Assembly (NCBI GenBank): GCA_027604505.1
Contig: JADIIX010000002.1
Coordinates: 186,001 to 250,000, forward strand
Reading direction: 5' to 3'
DNA length: 64,000 bases
From: Gonapodya sp. JEL0774
Lineage: Eukaryota
Positions within the stretch are counted from its first letter, which is position 1, and every line of letters starts with the position of its first letter. The notes below the pieces were generated by a model, which was not told where the DNA came from, ran no database searches, and was given only the letters and a program-made list of their open reading frames with translations. Positions 32,362 to 44,738 of the stretch are shown in pieces. The position numbers and the translations under genes are program-made.

Positions 32362-35300
32362 ATGAGTGGAATAAACTGGACAGGGGGCAAGCGGTGCGCA
32401 ACAATCCATACTCTGGGAGAAATCTTATCCAATGTCTCTTGGGTCTGACAAAGGCTATTGGGTCACGAGTAACTGATCTATGTCGTTCGTCTCAATCGTG
32501 CCAGATCTGGCGCTCTCTCAAAACGAGTTCCAGAAGCCGCTAAACAGCGCGAGTTTTTCGCTTCAAAGCATCGAAAAACTCTGATGTAAGTCTCGTTCTT
32601 TATGTTTCTGCGGGAAAACTTTATCTCGAACTGATTCTCACCTGAAGGCAAGCCTACACTGCGATCCCAACGTCAACGCGCACGAATCGACAAGCTCCCA
32701 ATCTCGATATTCTTGCGCTACGCAGATTGGCGGACGTTGTGGGTCGCACTGTTGCGGACGGGACCACTAAACGGCAGGTCGAAGAAGATGATGAGAAAGG
32801 TGCACTGCAAGTCCCAAGAGACCGACAGCAGGCTAAGACCACTAGACGCGAATCACTTCGAGTTGGTACTGCTGACGATGAGGCGACTCCTGAGTCGATC
32901 GTCTTCATTGAGTGAGTGTCAGTTCTGCAATGATGACATACTTCAAGGCAAGAGCCAGAACCTGAGGGCAGCATCGCTGTCAGAGAAATGTGTTTCACGT
33001 TTGACATTTTATAACGTGCGCTTTTCCCCTCAGCAATGGACTCCCGAGAAGCACCCCACCTGTCGAACCGGCAGTGGGCCAACAATCTCAACCTCACGTC
33101 AAGCGCGAACCTCCTTCACCGTCAGAAAATCTGTCTTCACGGAACTATCTAACCAATGAATTTCCAGATCCCAGCTCGCCACCCCTAAAACGCGCTCGCA
33201 CTGAGAACACACTGGTATCACATAGCCACACTGCCAAGATCACCTCGCCCGCTGGCCTCATGTCTGCTTCACCCGGAGTGCCGACGAAACAATCTTCATC
33301 CCCTATAGCCCGCAAAACTGCCTCTACTCCGCATCTTGCTCGGTCTGTCTCCGCACCCCGATCATCGTGTTCCACATCAACATTACGCTCACCAACTTCT
33401 CTGCCAAGCCCGAAAAATACATCACTCTCCCCACACCTCGAAGCACCTTCCATTTTTAGATCCTCTTCACTACATTGGAGCCCCGCTCGAGCGTCATTCT
33501 GGAGTGATGATTCCCAAATCCGAAGCGCACGTGGCAACCCGCCCTCCTCCTCTTCTAATTCCAATACGAACGCTGGAAGTTTATCTTCTCGCATTAGTAA
33601 TCTTGCTTCTGCCACGTCGACATCTCTCTCCACCCCACCGTCGTACTCTCCTGTTCCCAGAACCGCAGTACCAAGTCCGGGAGTCGATCATGAAGGTGTG
33701 CAGAAGATACAGTCCAAACCCCGATTCAAGAATCACTCAGAGCGAGTGCGTACGCCGGATAGGGGAAAGAAGAGGATTATGTTTGATTCGGATGGAGGTA
33801 AATTTGTATATGAGCTCACCCACCGATCCTCACCATTGTAATGCTTCCAAGAGGAGCACTTCTTACCATTCAGTCCACCCACTATACCCATCTTGTCACC
33901 TCCTCCGTATGGGGGGGCCGCTCCATACAAGCATGTATCTGCAGATCTCTTCGATCGAGTACCAGCTGGCGATCCTGAAACCCCCACAACCACAAAGAGT
34001 TCTATAAACGCATTTACGAAGACTACGGTTGCGACTCCTGGGTCCGAGCAGTCGGCTGAGGTGGCAAGTCGCGCGGTGCAGGAAGAGTCGAAAGATGAGG
34101 TGAGTCAATTCAAATTTGGACAGGAATTGCGCTCATTGTGCTTGCAGTAGTCTTTTGACTGGTTGCCGTTTCGCTTTTTGCTTTTGAAACTCATAAAAGC
34201 GCATCGCGCGTCTTGAATCCTCCGTGTCTTCTCTTCGCCTCCAATTATCTTTCTTGCGCGACGACTTACGGGACCTAGCAGCACGCGTCAACGACTTACC
34301 TGCTGTTGAAGGGGCAGTTAGTATCGCAGACTCAAAGGCGATCGGCACTAATGCGGGGATTAATGTGGGTTGTCAGACAGACATTGATTTTGAAGTGACA
34401 GAAAGGAGAGAAAATACTTTCGACGCCGCTGGGAAGGACAAGGAGTGCAGAAATATTGCTTTCACGAGTGTTGATGTCAATTCGTGCAACGCAACCGATG
34501 GGACTGAGACAAATGTTGCGAATGTGGTTCAAGTCGAGGATGAGGGACACCAACGTCACAACATTTCAGTCCGCAAAAATTTCGCGGTGGCATTTTCATT
34601 TGAAAAAATTGATGCTGCAATGGAAGGTAGCACAAACAACAGCTCGGTACAAGGGGTGCGGAGTGACGTTATGCTGGGGGAGATTAGTGGTCAGGCTGAG
34701 GTGGGGCTTACGATGTCAACTATGCTCAGTCTATCAGATAGGAATCCGGTCAGTGACGGAGGAAACATTACAAAAGGGCAAACGGATTCAGTATCTCGAG
34801 AAGTTCAGGGAGAAACAAAGTGTGACGCAATTCCTGATGAAGTTGCCTGTGCCGCGGACATTGGTCTCAACCCGGCCGTCCTCGATCAAGCAGATCAAGC
34901 TGATCTCAGTGAGAGCATTGACAAAGAAAATGGTGAAGAAATTCAGACGGACCCAACATTGCAAGAAGTGCAGGACGAGGGACACTCGAGGGATGAAGTG
35001 GTCGAGCCTGATCAGGAAGAGACCATGGAATTCTGTTTGCAGGAAGGTCAACCCACCATGAGAAATGGTATCGAAATAATCCGGCGACCGCTGCCATGTC
35101 AAGAGGCGAAGGAGCTCGGTGCATACAACGTCGATGAATTGATGGTTGATGAAGTCGATGAAAGACCTCATTCTTTCGATATCGGGGTCACAGACCCAGA
35201 AAACTTCCAAAAAGAGGGAACGCCAACATCAGAACATGAGATGGAAGGTGTCCAGAACTCTGGTGACGGGATTCGTGGTCCTGATGAAGGGCGGCATCGC

Positions 35301-36278
35301 ATCCCTCCTGGACTCTTGCAGTCCCGCAGTAGCATCCAGACAGTTGCCAATGCTCAGAGTGAGGTTATGGACTTTGGTGAACGCAATCATGATAAAATAT
35401 CTGGTTATCTAGAGAACACCGCGTTTACAGGTACTGGAGATTTCACCACACCGGAGATCCATGATACTAAAGATCTGGAGCGGGTGGAATCCCCAAGGGC
35501 ATTGCAAGAATTCATTCTGGGGAGAACTGATACGCCGAACGTGGCGGCGCAGCGAACGCTTGATGTCCCAGAGCAACCCGATGTTGAAGTCTTGGCAACG
35601 CAATGCGTGCCAAAAGAACGTGTGGTGGCGGAGCGGGCGCTCAGTAATGGAAATGTGACCTTGCATGAAGTCAATTTCCCGAATACCAGTATCCCGGAGC
35701 CTGGATCGGATGAAAAAGGTGAACCAAATCAAGAAAACTCGGAAGAACCAGGAGAGCCGCAAGACGAGGAGATCGATAGGGGAAGCACCACCGGCGCGAA
35801 AAAAAGGAATCTTCCATTAGAGGAGGTTCCAGAGCAGCTTGTGGAAGTTATTAAGGCAAATGAGAGGGTTGCAAACCAGAGGTCACCCGTCCCTTCTGCA
35901 ACTTCCACCCATTCAGCGGCACTATTCAGGCAATTCATTGAAAGTGATAATGGGCAATCCAGTTCTCGCGGTCCAGATGACAATTATTCCATACCAGATT
36001 CTCAAATGGAGGTGATCGTTGCAGAAACGAGCCAACTGGGAGTACATAGTCCACAAATGCCGCTAAAGCCATCCATGAACCAGGTACTTGTCGGAGAAAC
36101 GAGCCAAGTCGGTGATGACGGTACACAAGTGTCCTTGTTCCTGGCACTATACGAAACTGCACCTGAAGGTTTTTCGGGCCAAGTCAACGCAATTTTTCAA
36201 GGCATCGAGTCATCCCCGCCACCTTCATCACAGCCTGCACCCATGGCTCATGGTGTCAAGATGCAACCACAGCTGTAA
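32362..36278 (+). CDS. REDIC1/HEIP1-like protein: conserved N-terminal motif followed by a long disordered region
   Basis: Spliced N-terminus MSGINWTGGKR/SGALSKRVPEAAKQREFFASKHRK/...PNLDILAL, followed by Ser/Pro-rich and acidic ORFs (33074-33841, 34224-36278) with a short coiled coil. The 3' end is uncertain. Confidence 0.6.
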
Positions 36279-37133
36279 ATTCAGCCGGGCTGTGAGGACA
36301 TCGAGGACTGAGCATATGGAAGAACATGAAGTGAAATTGCGATCGTCTCGCTGGAAAATTACAAAACATATCAGTTCTGACTTTGTACATGCCGAAAAAA
36401 GTCTACGTGCCCCACTCGCCACAATGGACTATTAAATCCACCAATCAACCTTGAAATTCACTTAATGTAATTCACACAGTTTACTCTTTTGAAGTACAGA
36501 CGGCTATCGCAACCTGGGAGAACGAAGTGCCGTCAGTGGAGGAAATGACGCTTGAAAACGGTTGTTGACAGCGAGTTGCCATGGTACTTACGTGGCTACA
36601 TGTGGAGATGGTGATGCGGAGAAAGGGGTTGGATATTGGTGCAAACGCATTATCTGCCGTGAGTCTGTCGAATGCCTTCGTCAAAGAAACTCCTACACTC
36701 TGTAGCAACGCCCTAAGATAGGTACAAATATAAGTTGAAAATCGGTGCCGTATCACCAAAGGAATGGTCTCGGGTCCCAACATGTGGAAAGTGGGGTTAA
36801 AGGCAACAGATGACGGCCGTCATTGGGACAACAGCCAGAGGTTCGAAAGTGCTTCAAGCGAAGTGTGGCTTTCGACTGGTCGGACATATTACGAACAGGT
36901 TTCGAATTCGGGAAGTGGATCGATATTGCACGGACGGACGGATGCAGAGAGATTTGGGAGAAGTGAGCTGAACTGCTGAAGCAGCATTAAAGACTTGGAA
37001 TGGCAAGGGTTAGTATCAAGAGAGTAGTGATAATAAATTTAATTGAAGTGCGATTGTAATCTTGCGAACTTGGTTCTTCTCATTGCACCACTCCGGCCTG
37101 CTGTGGGGCGACGAAACAAGTCAAGCCATACCT

Positions 37134-38478
37134 ATGAGCGAGGCCATTCTCAACGCGTCGTCAGCGGTGCGACTCGAACCATTTGTCCTCCTTGCGAAGG
37201 TGAGATTTCTCACCTCTTGCGTTGGCCGTTTCTGAAATCTCACCTCGCCAAACCGACACCTCTCCTCCTCGTAGACCGCCAAGGGAGCCGCTTGTGCAAA
37301 GCTGGTCCTTGATGCAACAGCTGCTCCGGGAGTTTTTGTTTTTGCAGAGTTGCTGGATGCTCCTAACGTGAAGGATGTAGGTCGAAAAGACCGATCACCC
37401 GATCCGACACCACTTGACCTCAAATGTTAACTTATGTTACTTCCAACTTCCACCTAATCTCGACGTACTGCTTCTCTCACTGGCTTGCTTGCTCTGCCCT
37501 GGTTCTGTCCGTCGTTCTTCTCTTTTCAGCTGCCTTCCAATCCTCAGTTTGCTGGCCACCACCGCCTGTTGGAGATTTTCGCTTATGGCACTTACCTTGA
37601 CTACAAAAGTTGGTTTGACTCGTTTCCGTTTTGCTACGCTGCCCAACAACAATAACGAAACGGGACGGGTTTCAATTCTGTCTACCGTTTCAGACTCGGT
37701 TGTGGCCCTCCCACAACTTAGCCCGTTACAGCTGAAGAAGCTTCAGCAACTCACACTCGTCACTCTTGCTGGTGAATCTTCTGTGAGTGTAATTGCTGAA
37801 TTGTGTCTTGCCAATTGTAGGTTCAAACGACCGAACACGCTAGACTCTAGGATACTCCAACCTCCTCCACGCACTCGATCTTCCCAGCGTCCGTGATTTG
37901 GAAGATCTTATCATTGACGCCATGTACCAGGATCTCATTCGAGGCAAGTTAGACCAGGCACGGTCTGCTCTTGAGGTTGAACAAACGATGGGTCGAGATT
38001 TGGTGCCGGGGAGGGAAGAGAGACTTCTGGGAGTACTGGGAGCCTGGTGTGTACTTGGAGAGGCCTGCTGGCCGAGTGACTTCCATGGGCAGATTGCTGC
38101 ACTTCATCAACACATAACCTGGAACTTCTACCATCCGTTCCAGGTCTTCTACTGCTATGCAACTTCTTCAACAACTTGACCTTCAAATACAACAGACCGG
38201 CCAGGCTGCTGCAGAAAACCGAACCAGACGAGAACAGCACGACAAAGAGATTGAGAAAGCAAAGAAAGAGGTGAAAGCTAATCCGCCAAAGCCATTAGCA
38301 GGAGCGGCCCAGGAAAGTGGTTTCGGTGATGAAGGTTATGGAGGTGAGTGGGACGGCGATAATATGAGGAAGAGCAAAAGGTGAGGCTTTTGACGCATCT
38401 GTGTTTGGTTCTTCAAGAAAGGCTAACACTCTTTGGCAAATCAGGGCAGTGAAGTACCGCGTGCCAGGAAGACGGTAG
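37134..38478 (+). CDS. CSN7: COP9 signalosome subunit 7 (multi-exon)
   Basis: RLEPFVLLAKTAKGAAC..LVLDATAAPGVFVFAELL, LLEIFAYGTY, KKLQQLTLVTLA and the PCI segment LEDLIIDAMYQDLIRGKLDQ..LEVEQTMGRDL. Confidence 0.93.
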
Positions 38479-38562
38479 ATGTCAAACATACAGCTCAAAA
38501 ATTCTAGGCTAAAAGTCCGTTAAAGAAATTGAACGACACCAATCAACGATGTACAATTCAAT

Positions 38563-41534
38563 TCACTTTCGTTTACCAGTGCCTTTAGCGGAAACTCTGC
38601 TCACAGGGGACTTCGTTTTCCGAACACCCTTTTTCTCTTCCATTTCGTCATCATCGTCATCCTCGTTCCCTTCCCAATCATCACCTTGATGATCTCTTTG
38701 ACCATCATCATCAAGTTGTCGTTGAGTTTGTCGCTCCCAGTCTCTTCGCTTCGCCTCATCCATCCGTCGTCGTGATTCTGGGTATGCTCCACCTCCTTCT
38801 CCTCCATTTTCCAAATCTGCCAGCTCAGCCTCCAGAAGAGAGATTATTTCTCGACTGTCTAGCTCACGGGTTCGCAAATGTGTGATGTAGTCGAATGCTT
38901 TCAATTGGTAATATTTCAGTCCCAGGCAAGGGGGGGGGGGGAAGGAGGGTTGAGGGGAAGGGAGGGCATTCTTCAAAATGAACAAGATCTGAGAAACTTC
39001 ACCAAAAAAGTTATTGCTCACCCTTCCTCAGTATATAAACTTTACTGGGGTTCTTCTCTCCCGCCAAACTTTCTGGCGGGAGAGTGTCCTTCAGTCTCTC
39101 AAAGCAGTTCCGCAGAGAGTCGCGTCGCCGTTGCTCTGCGACTTTATGTGTGACCTTGCGGAAATCTCCGCCTCCACCAACCTCTCCGCCCAGGTTGCTG
39201 CATGAGGACAAGTTACCGGAACTTCAATATCGACACCACACGGTTGGAACCCGCCCTTCACCATACTCACTCTAGGTTAGCATCGGAGAAGAGAAAGGCC
39301 TGCGGACTGGCCGTATGATGGTCGTATGTGTCTGACAGGAAGGACATAAAAGGTTGGAGGACGACCATATGAGAGCATCCGCTGGCCCCCCAACTCACTT
39401 CCACTTGAGGTCATATTGAGCGGTGTGAATTGGTCCGAAGCGCCAGTGTGGTCCATCATAGCCTGCGATAAGTTCATGAGCGTTGATGGCGTCACAGGAT
39501 TGACTTGCAAGTCACCCAGGAACGTGCTCCCCAGCATTGTATCGCCACTCTGTGGAGAGATTTGGAAATTAGAAGTGGGAACCCATGTGAGTTGTCCCGC
39601 GGGTTCTACAGGGCCTGTAATGGTTGGGTGGAGACGAGGAGAGGCGACAATAAATGGTTGCAAATGAGGCGAATTCTGAAATTGGCCAGGAGATAGTGTT
39701 CTCGGGAGTGCAGTGTTCAGCGACGCGACCAAGCGAGGAGAACCGGAGTGAAGTATCGGCTGGGGTTGTTGAAGTGGAGGAACCGCGGATAGGAGCTGAG
39801 ATCGAGACTGGGCTTGCAAGCGAGGGCTTTGATTGAGGTGGGCCTGTTGTGAAATCGCCGGTTGTCCACCGAAATCTTGATGGTGAAGGATGGTAGCTGG
39901 GGTCATTGGCACTTTGAAAGGCGACCCCCGCCGATCGATTTGATCCCCAATGATGGCTCGTGGGTCTGTCGTTTGGTCGTGACCCATCACGGGATCGGGA
40001 AACACCAAAGCAGTTGGAGACAAAAGCGCAGATGTTGAGTTCCTTTGAGGATCCCTTGGGGAAAAGCGAGGAGAGCCAGATCCGTTTCTGGTGCTCCCTT
40101 CAGCCGCTGTACGCTGGAGTGACTTCCGAGAGGAGGTCCGGGTTGCGCCACCCCCAGCAACAGACTGCGCAAACACGCTACCATTCGAAGTCGATTTTCT
40201 CTTGGCGGGTATAACATTCGCAGTGGAAGAAGCAGGCAGTTGCGGAGTGGTTGGTTGTGAAGTCGGATATGGATTAGGTGGAGAGCTCATGGACGATAGT
40301 CTGCTTCGATTCACAGGACGAATACGAGGAGAGCGCCCTTGCAGGGACATCGGATTTATTCCATCCATGATCCCTCGTTCTGATGTCAGTGTGCCGTAGT
40401 TATTGAGCGATTTTGAAAAGCCGTTGTCCATCTGCGAAGAGAAACCTCCATCAAGCATAACCAAATTGGAAACGTCTGCCATAGTAATAGAGGACGGTGG
40501 TAAACCAGCGTTCGTGACTGTCAAGGAACTCTCCAGAGGCTGAGACATCGCAAATTGATTGGATGCGGCCAGCTGTTGGAGAAGTTGCTCTCCGTTAGAA
40601 AGCTGCTCCGCCTGCTTCTGGCCAAGGCGTTGGATGATTGCCAGTTCCTCACGCTGGAGGCGCTCATTCTCTTCTTGCAGCTGGGCAAGAAGCTGCTGCT
40701 GGTGGGACCGCCGTTCCTGGATTCGCTGAAGACTGGCGATAGATTCAGGATCAACAGAGGCATCAAATGTTGAGGCAAGTGTGCCGGAGGAAGGGATCAT
40801 CCGAAGCATATTGGAAGGGAGTGCTGGATTCAAGGTGGGAACCCATGCGGTATCGACATGTGGGTTGAGAGCAGGGGATGTGAGTGGGGTAAAATAAGTG
40901 TCATTGGAAATATTGAGTCGCCGTAAATCCAGTGATGGAGTTAATGAGCTGGTCTTGGGAGTGAAGTTGACCTACAGAGCGGTGACCGAAATAACTATAG
41001 AGAGCGAATCGAGCTCGTTCAAGTAAAACACATAACCCACCTCTTGCATTCGATCTTCTTCCGCTGGGTCGCAGATAATTCCACTTAAAGAGAGTTATAA
41101 AGGTGACAGTGACGTGTGAACCATTTGAACGGACGCCACCAATGACGATTGAAGAGAGAGATGTTTGATGAGAGAAAGAAGAAAGACGGAACTGGTTACC
41201 ACAGAACGATGTTGAGTTCCAGTTCAAGGTCACTTCGTCCACACCTGTCGGGTATCATAAACTCGGCCTGCGTCGCTGATTCCTCCTGCTTCATTTGAAA
41301 ATGCTGCTGATAATGCAAAGAGCCATCGTGTTCGTCCGGTTCACGTTCTGTGCGAGTTGACCGGTCCAGCTGAGAGTTGAAGAGAAGATCCGCGGAGTCC
41401 GAACCGGATCCAGACGCAGCAAGCAAATGCGCAAAATGATCCATCGATCCATCTTCAGCAGTGAAAACGTCACCCGGGGATCCGTAGGAGGAATCCGGGT
41501 ACGAGAGCGACGGTGGCATGCTAGAACCCTGCAT
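38563..41534 (-). CDS. bHLH transcription factor, Pho4/NUC-1-like (multi-exon)
   Basis: bHLH RKVTHKVAEQRRRDSLRNCFERLKDTLP...PSKVYILRK/AFDYITHL followed by a zipper-like helix. The long Gln/Ser/Pro-rich N-terminal region has SPx(L/I) and P(M/V)TPxxL motifs. Confidence 0.85.
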
Positions 41535-41768
41535 CGTTCACCAGTGAGGGACCGGGGAAAAATGAGAGCAGCAGTCCTCTCAGCTCGTGCGCAGGCGAGA
41601 GCAAGTGACCGTACTACGGAAAAGATCTGCAGTACGGAAAGTGAAATAGTTGGGGAACCCTTGTGCCAATTGCAGTCGCAGCAGAAGACAGCCCACAATG
41701 CCGAAATATGTATGTAATGCATATGAGAAAATGTACAGCAGTCTCTCCTTAACAAAGGGAATTTAGAA

Positions 41769-42642
41769 TCACTCGTCATCCTCTTCTTCATCTTCATCCA
41801 TTTCCTCTACTTCCTCGAGCTCATCAGGGTTGAATTGACCCAGGATTTCTTCCTCGGATTTGCCTTTAGAGCCAAAATCATGTGAAGTTTGAAGGATATG
41901 CAATTGGTTTGTAAATATCAATCTCACCATTGATACGCTCAGCGAAAATCTCCGCAGCCATATGCGTTGCACGTCCGATCCCAAGCAATTGAGTTGCCTG
42001 AAGATGATCGAGTATGATGTTACAGAAAAATTACATTAATTCGTTGGCAGGCGGCTTCTTACCATCAAAAATTGCATGATCTCGTCGTCTTCGAGTTCTT
42101 TATATTGGCCATCTTTGACCGGATCCGACTGAGAGGACATGCAAAAGTTCTTCTAAAAGATAATACTAAATATTTAAAAGGGACTTAAGCGCACCTGATA
42201 TGTCTGCGAGAGGCGGATAGAAGCGGAGGGTGAGTTTGGGTGTTGACAGAATAGGCGAATGATTCGAACCTCCTCGTCATAAGGCGCATCATTTTCGTGG
42301 TCTGCAAGGTATCCTAGTACTAATTTATTCGAAAGGTGGGCGGATCAGAGTAAAACAGTGTCAAATCAATGTCATTTGTGGTCAACTCGGGGTGGGCCAC
42401 TTTCCGGACCATCCACCCTCACCTTTCTGCAGAATATCCGGAGTAGTGTGGGGCACGTCAAATTCCACTCGCTCAAGAGCCTTCGGGCTGGCAGCGACCT
42501 TGCCTTCGACAAAAGAGGTCACTGTCGCCGACCCTCGAACAGTGGAGAATGGAACTGTGAAGGAGGATCCATCGATCGTTTTCAAGATGACAGAGAGCGA
42601 TTGCTGGATCGAAGGCGCGGCGGTTTCGACGGCAGAAGGCAT
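41769..42642 (-). CDS. Divergent Skp1/BTB-POZ-family protein (multi-exon)
   Basis: VILKTIDGSSFTV, SATVTSFVE, VPHTTPDILQKVLGYLADH and DEIMQFLMATQLLGI..MAAEIFAERINGKSEEEILGQFN align to Skp1 helices. It ends in an acidic tail. Confidence 0.75.
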
Positions 42643-42748
42643 TTATGTAATTCTCGTTTGGTTTGGTGGGTGGGGGAACCGTTGGGGGACTGGGTGACCA
42701 CAGACAGAAAGATGTTGGTGTCCGTTTGAGCTCTTATTTTGTGAACGA
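42643..42748. promoter_or_regulatory. Putative bidirectional promoter Skp1-like/lunapark
   Basis: 106 bp between the divergent start codons. Confidence 0.5.
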
Positions 42749-44615
42749 ATGGCATTTTTGTTCAGACGAGTAAGTTTGAAGAAAAGAAATTGATCGCATG
42801 AGTCATCTTCTGGGCATTTCAGAGCCGTAGGAGGCTGGCAGTCGGGGTCGCCAGCAGGTCGTTTCACTGGTTTCATGCGAGAGCATTACCAACATTGTTC
42901 AGCAATGTGACCCCGGCACGTTTCCAATACTCACTCCCTTCTCTTCTATCTCCAATATTCATCTGGCTATCGGGCTGATCTCAGACGAAAGGTGATTGTG
43001 TAGCTGATTCCTACCACCTTCTTGGACTGACCCGTCGTAAATGAACCTACCGCACCAGAAAGCGACAATAATTTTGAGGAAGTACTCGTAGACCTTGATG
43101 CTCGTATACGTGGTGGAGAAATAGCCCTGTCCGAGCTCAGGCTCCAGCGGCAAAGCGTTGTTTCGCAGTGGCACCTCTACTCGATCGGTGTGTGGGCTGC
43201 GTATCTTGCGTGGTTTGTTTTGTATGGATGGGGTGTCGGTAGCCTGGACGCGGTGAAGATGGGGGAAGCAGCAGCGATACCCGGTGGTGCTATTTTGTGA
43301 GTAGTCGGGAGTCTACCGGAGATGGCACGGAAACAGACGCCAACACAATGTGACCCCTTTATCTCAAAGAATATACTATGTCGGAGTCTTGATTTCGGGA
43401 TTCTATATCAGGCGACAACAGTACGAAGGTACGTCTCGTGGGGAGGACAATTCAATTTCAGGAATCGGAATCTGGACCTGACGCCATGCGACTCGCCCTT
43501 TAACACGAAAGAGTCACAGTTAGATCTCTTGAAACGGAAAAAGAAAGAGAAGGTGATTTTCGCCACCTATCCGGCTCCCAGTTGCTCATTCACCCTCTCG
43601 TGGTGCGGATTAGGTCGAGGAACTGAAGAAGATGACCAAATTTTACGAGACGCAGCGCTTAATTGAAAAATATGATGAAAATGGAAATCGAAATCTCGGG
43701 ATGCCGGGCTCCGACGTGAGTTTCTGGTTTGCGTTCTTTGAGATTCTGGCCCCAAATTCTTTTCACCGACGTAAATCCAGGACCTTCGACCACCTGGTCG
43801 TTCATCTCAGCGCCGAAGCACTAGCTCTCAACGTCAGCCCAGACGCGACGGTTCGGGAGGATCTCGACAGCCCAGCGTGGACCGCATGGGCAATCCGCCT
43901 CTCCCTGCAGGAGTGTCTCCGAATCGCTCACCAACCAACAACCTTATACTACCAGCAAGTGCGGGTTCGCCTAGCGGCTCTCCGCTCGGAATGGACTCAC
44001 AGCATCCCGCCATGGTTCTCCATAGCCCTCCCGAGTCGCGACCAGCCACACCGATTGGAGAGCCATTCCGAGGAACCGGAGGCGCGGGGTATGACAGTGG
44101 TTACCTTCCAGCTTTAGGACCACGCCCGTGGTTCGACAAAATATTTGACGCGATAATAGGGGATCATCTCGACGGTCCAAACAGCAAGTATGCGCTCATT
44201 TGTGTAAGGTGTCACGTGCACAACGGACTGGCTACGCCAATGGAGTTTGAATCGATACGTAGGTGTAAATTTTTTTCGATCAATTACACCCCGTACTAAC
44301 TTGTGTTGTTTCGCAGAGTACTTCTGTCGAAGTTGTGGTCATTTCAACTCCCGAAGTACCAACAGTCGGGCCGATAGTAGCAGCTCAGCATTATCCGATA
44401 CCGGCAACGTATTGCTCGTGCCCGGTAGCACGTCACTGCCGCCTTTGGGCCCTCCTTCTGAAACTGGGGTTAACCATTCCGACCGTGTCCTAGATACGGC
44501 AGATGAGGATGGTGTGAAATCTGTTGAGCAACTGGAGTTTTCTACCGAGAGATTGGGGGGATCGGCAAGCGAGAGTGAAGTAAGGGCGCGAAGGCCCATC
44601 CAGCATAATGAATGA
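42749..44615 (+). CDS. LNP1: ER junction protein lunapark (multi-exon)
   Basis: FEEVLVDLDARI, two hydrophobic TM-like segments, KVEELKKMTKFYETQRLIEKYD, and the zinc ribbon WFDKIFDAIIG...KYALICVRCHVHNGLA...YFCRSCGHFN. Confidence 0.92.
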
Positions 44616-44738
44616 CGGAGAGTCGGCGATTTGGCACTTATGACACAGATACCGGAACTTATGTTCCATTAGCACTGAAAATTATATCATTGAGATTGGC
44701 ACAGCACTATGGAGTACCATTTGGCGTACACAACATGC

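Noticed and set aside
36290..37000. Possible extra exons or a small gene between the REDIC1-like gene and CSN7 (for example SCHGTYVATC...WCKRIIC)
   Set aside because: No recognisable family and no consistent spliced frame could be built by eye.
37171..37180. tRNA B-box-like GGTTCGAGTC on the minus strand, with similar ones near 27780 and 42261
   Set aside because: These sit in coding exons or at a splice donor, with no cloverleaf or A-box around them.
41891..41900. ATATCCTT, a U12-type 5' splice site look-alike on the minus strand
   Set aside because: It is internal to a normal GT-AG intron of the Skp1-like gene, not at an exon boundary.
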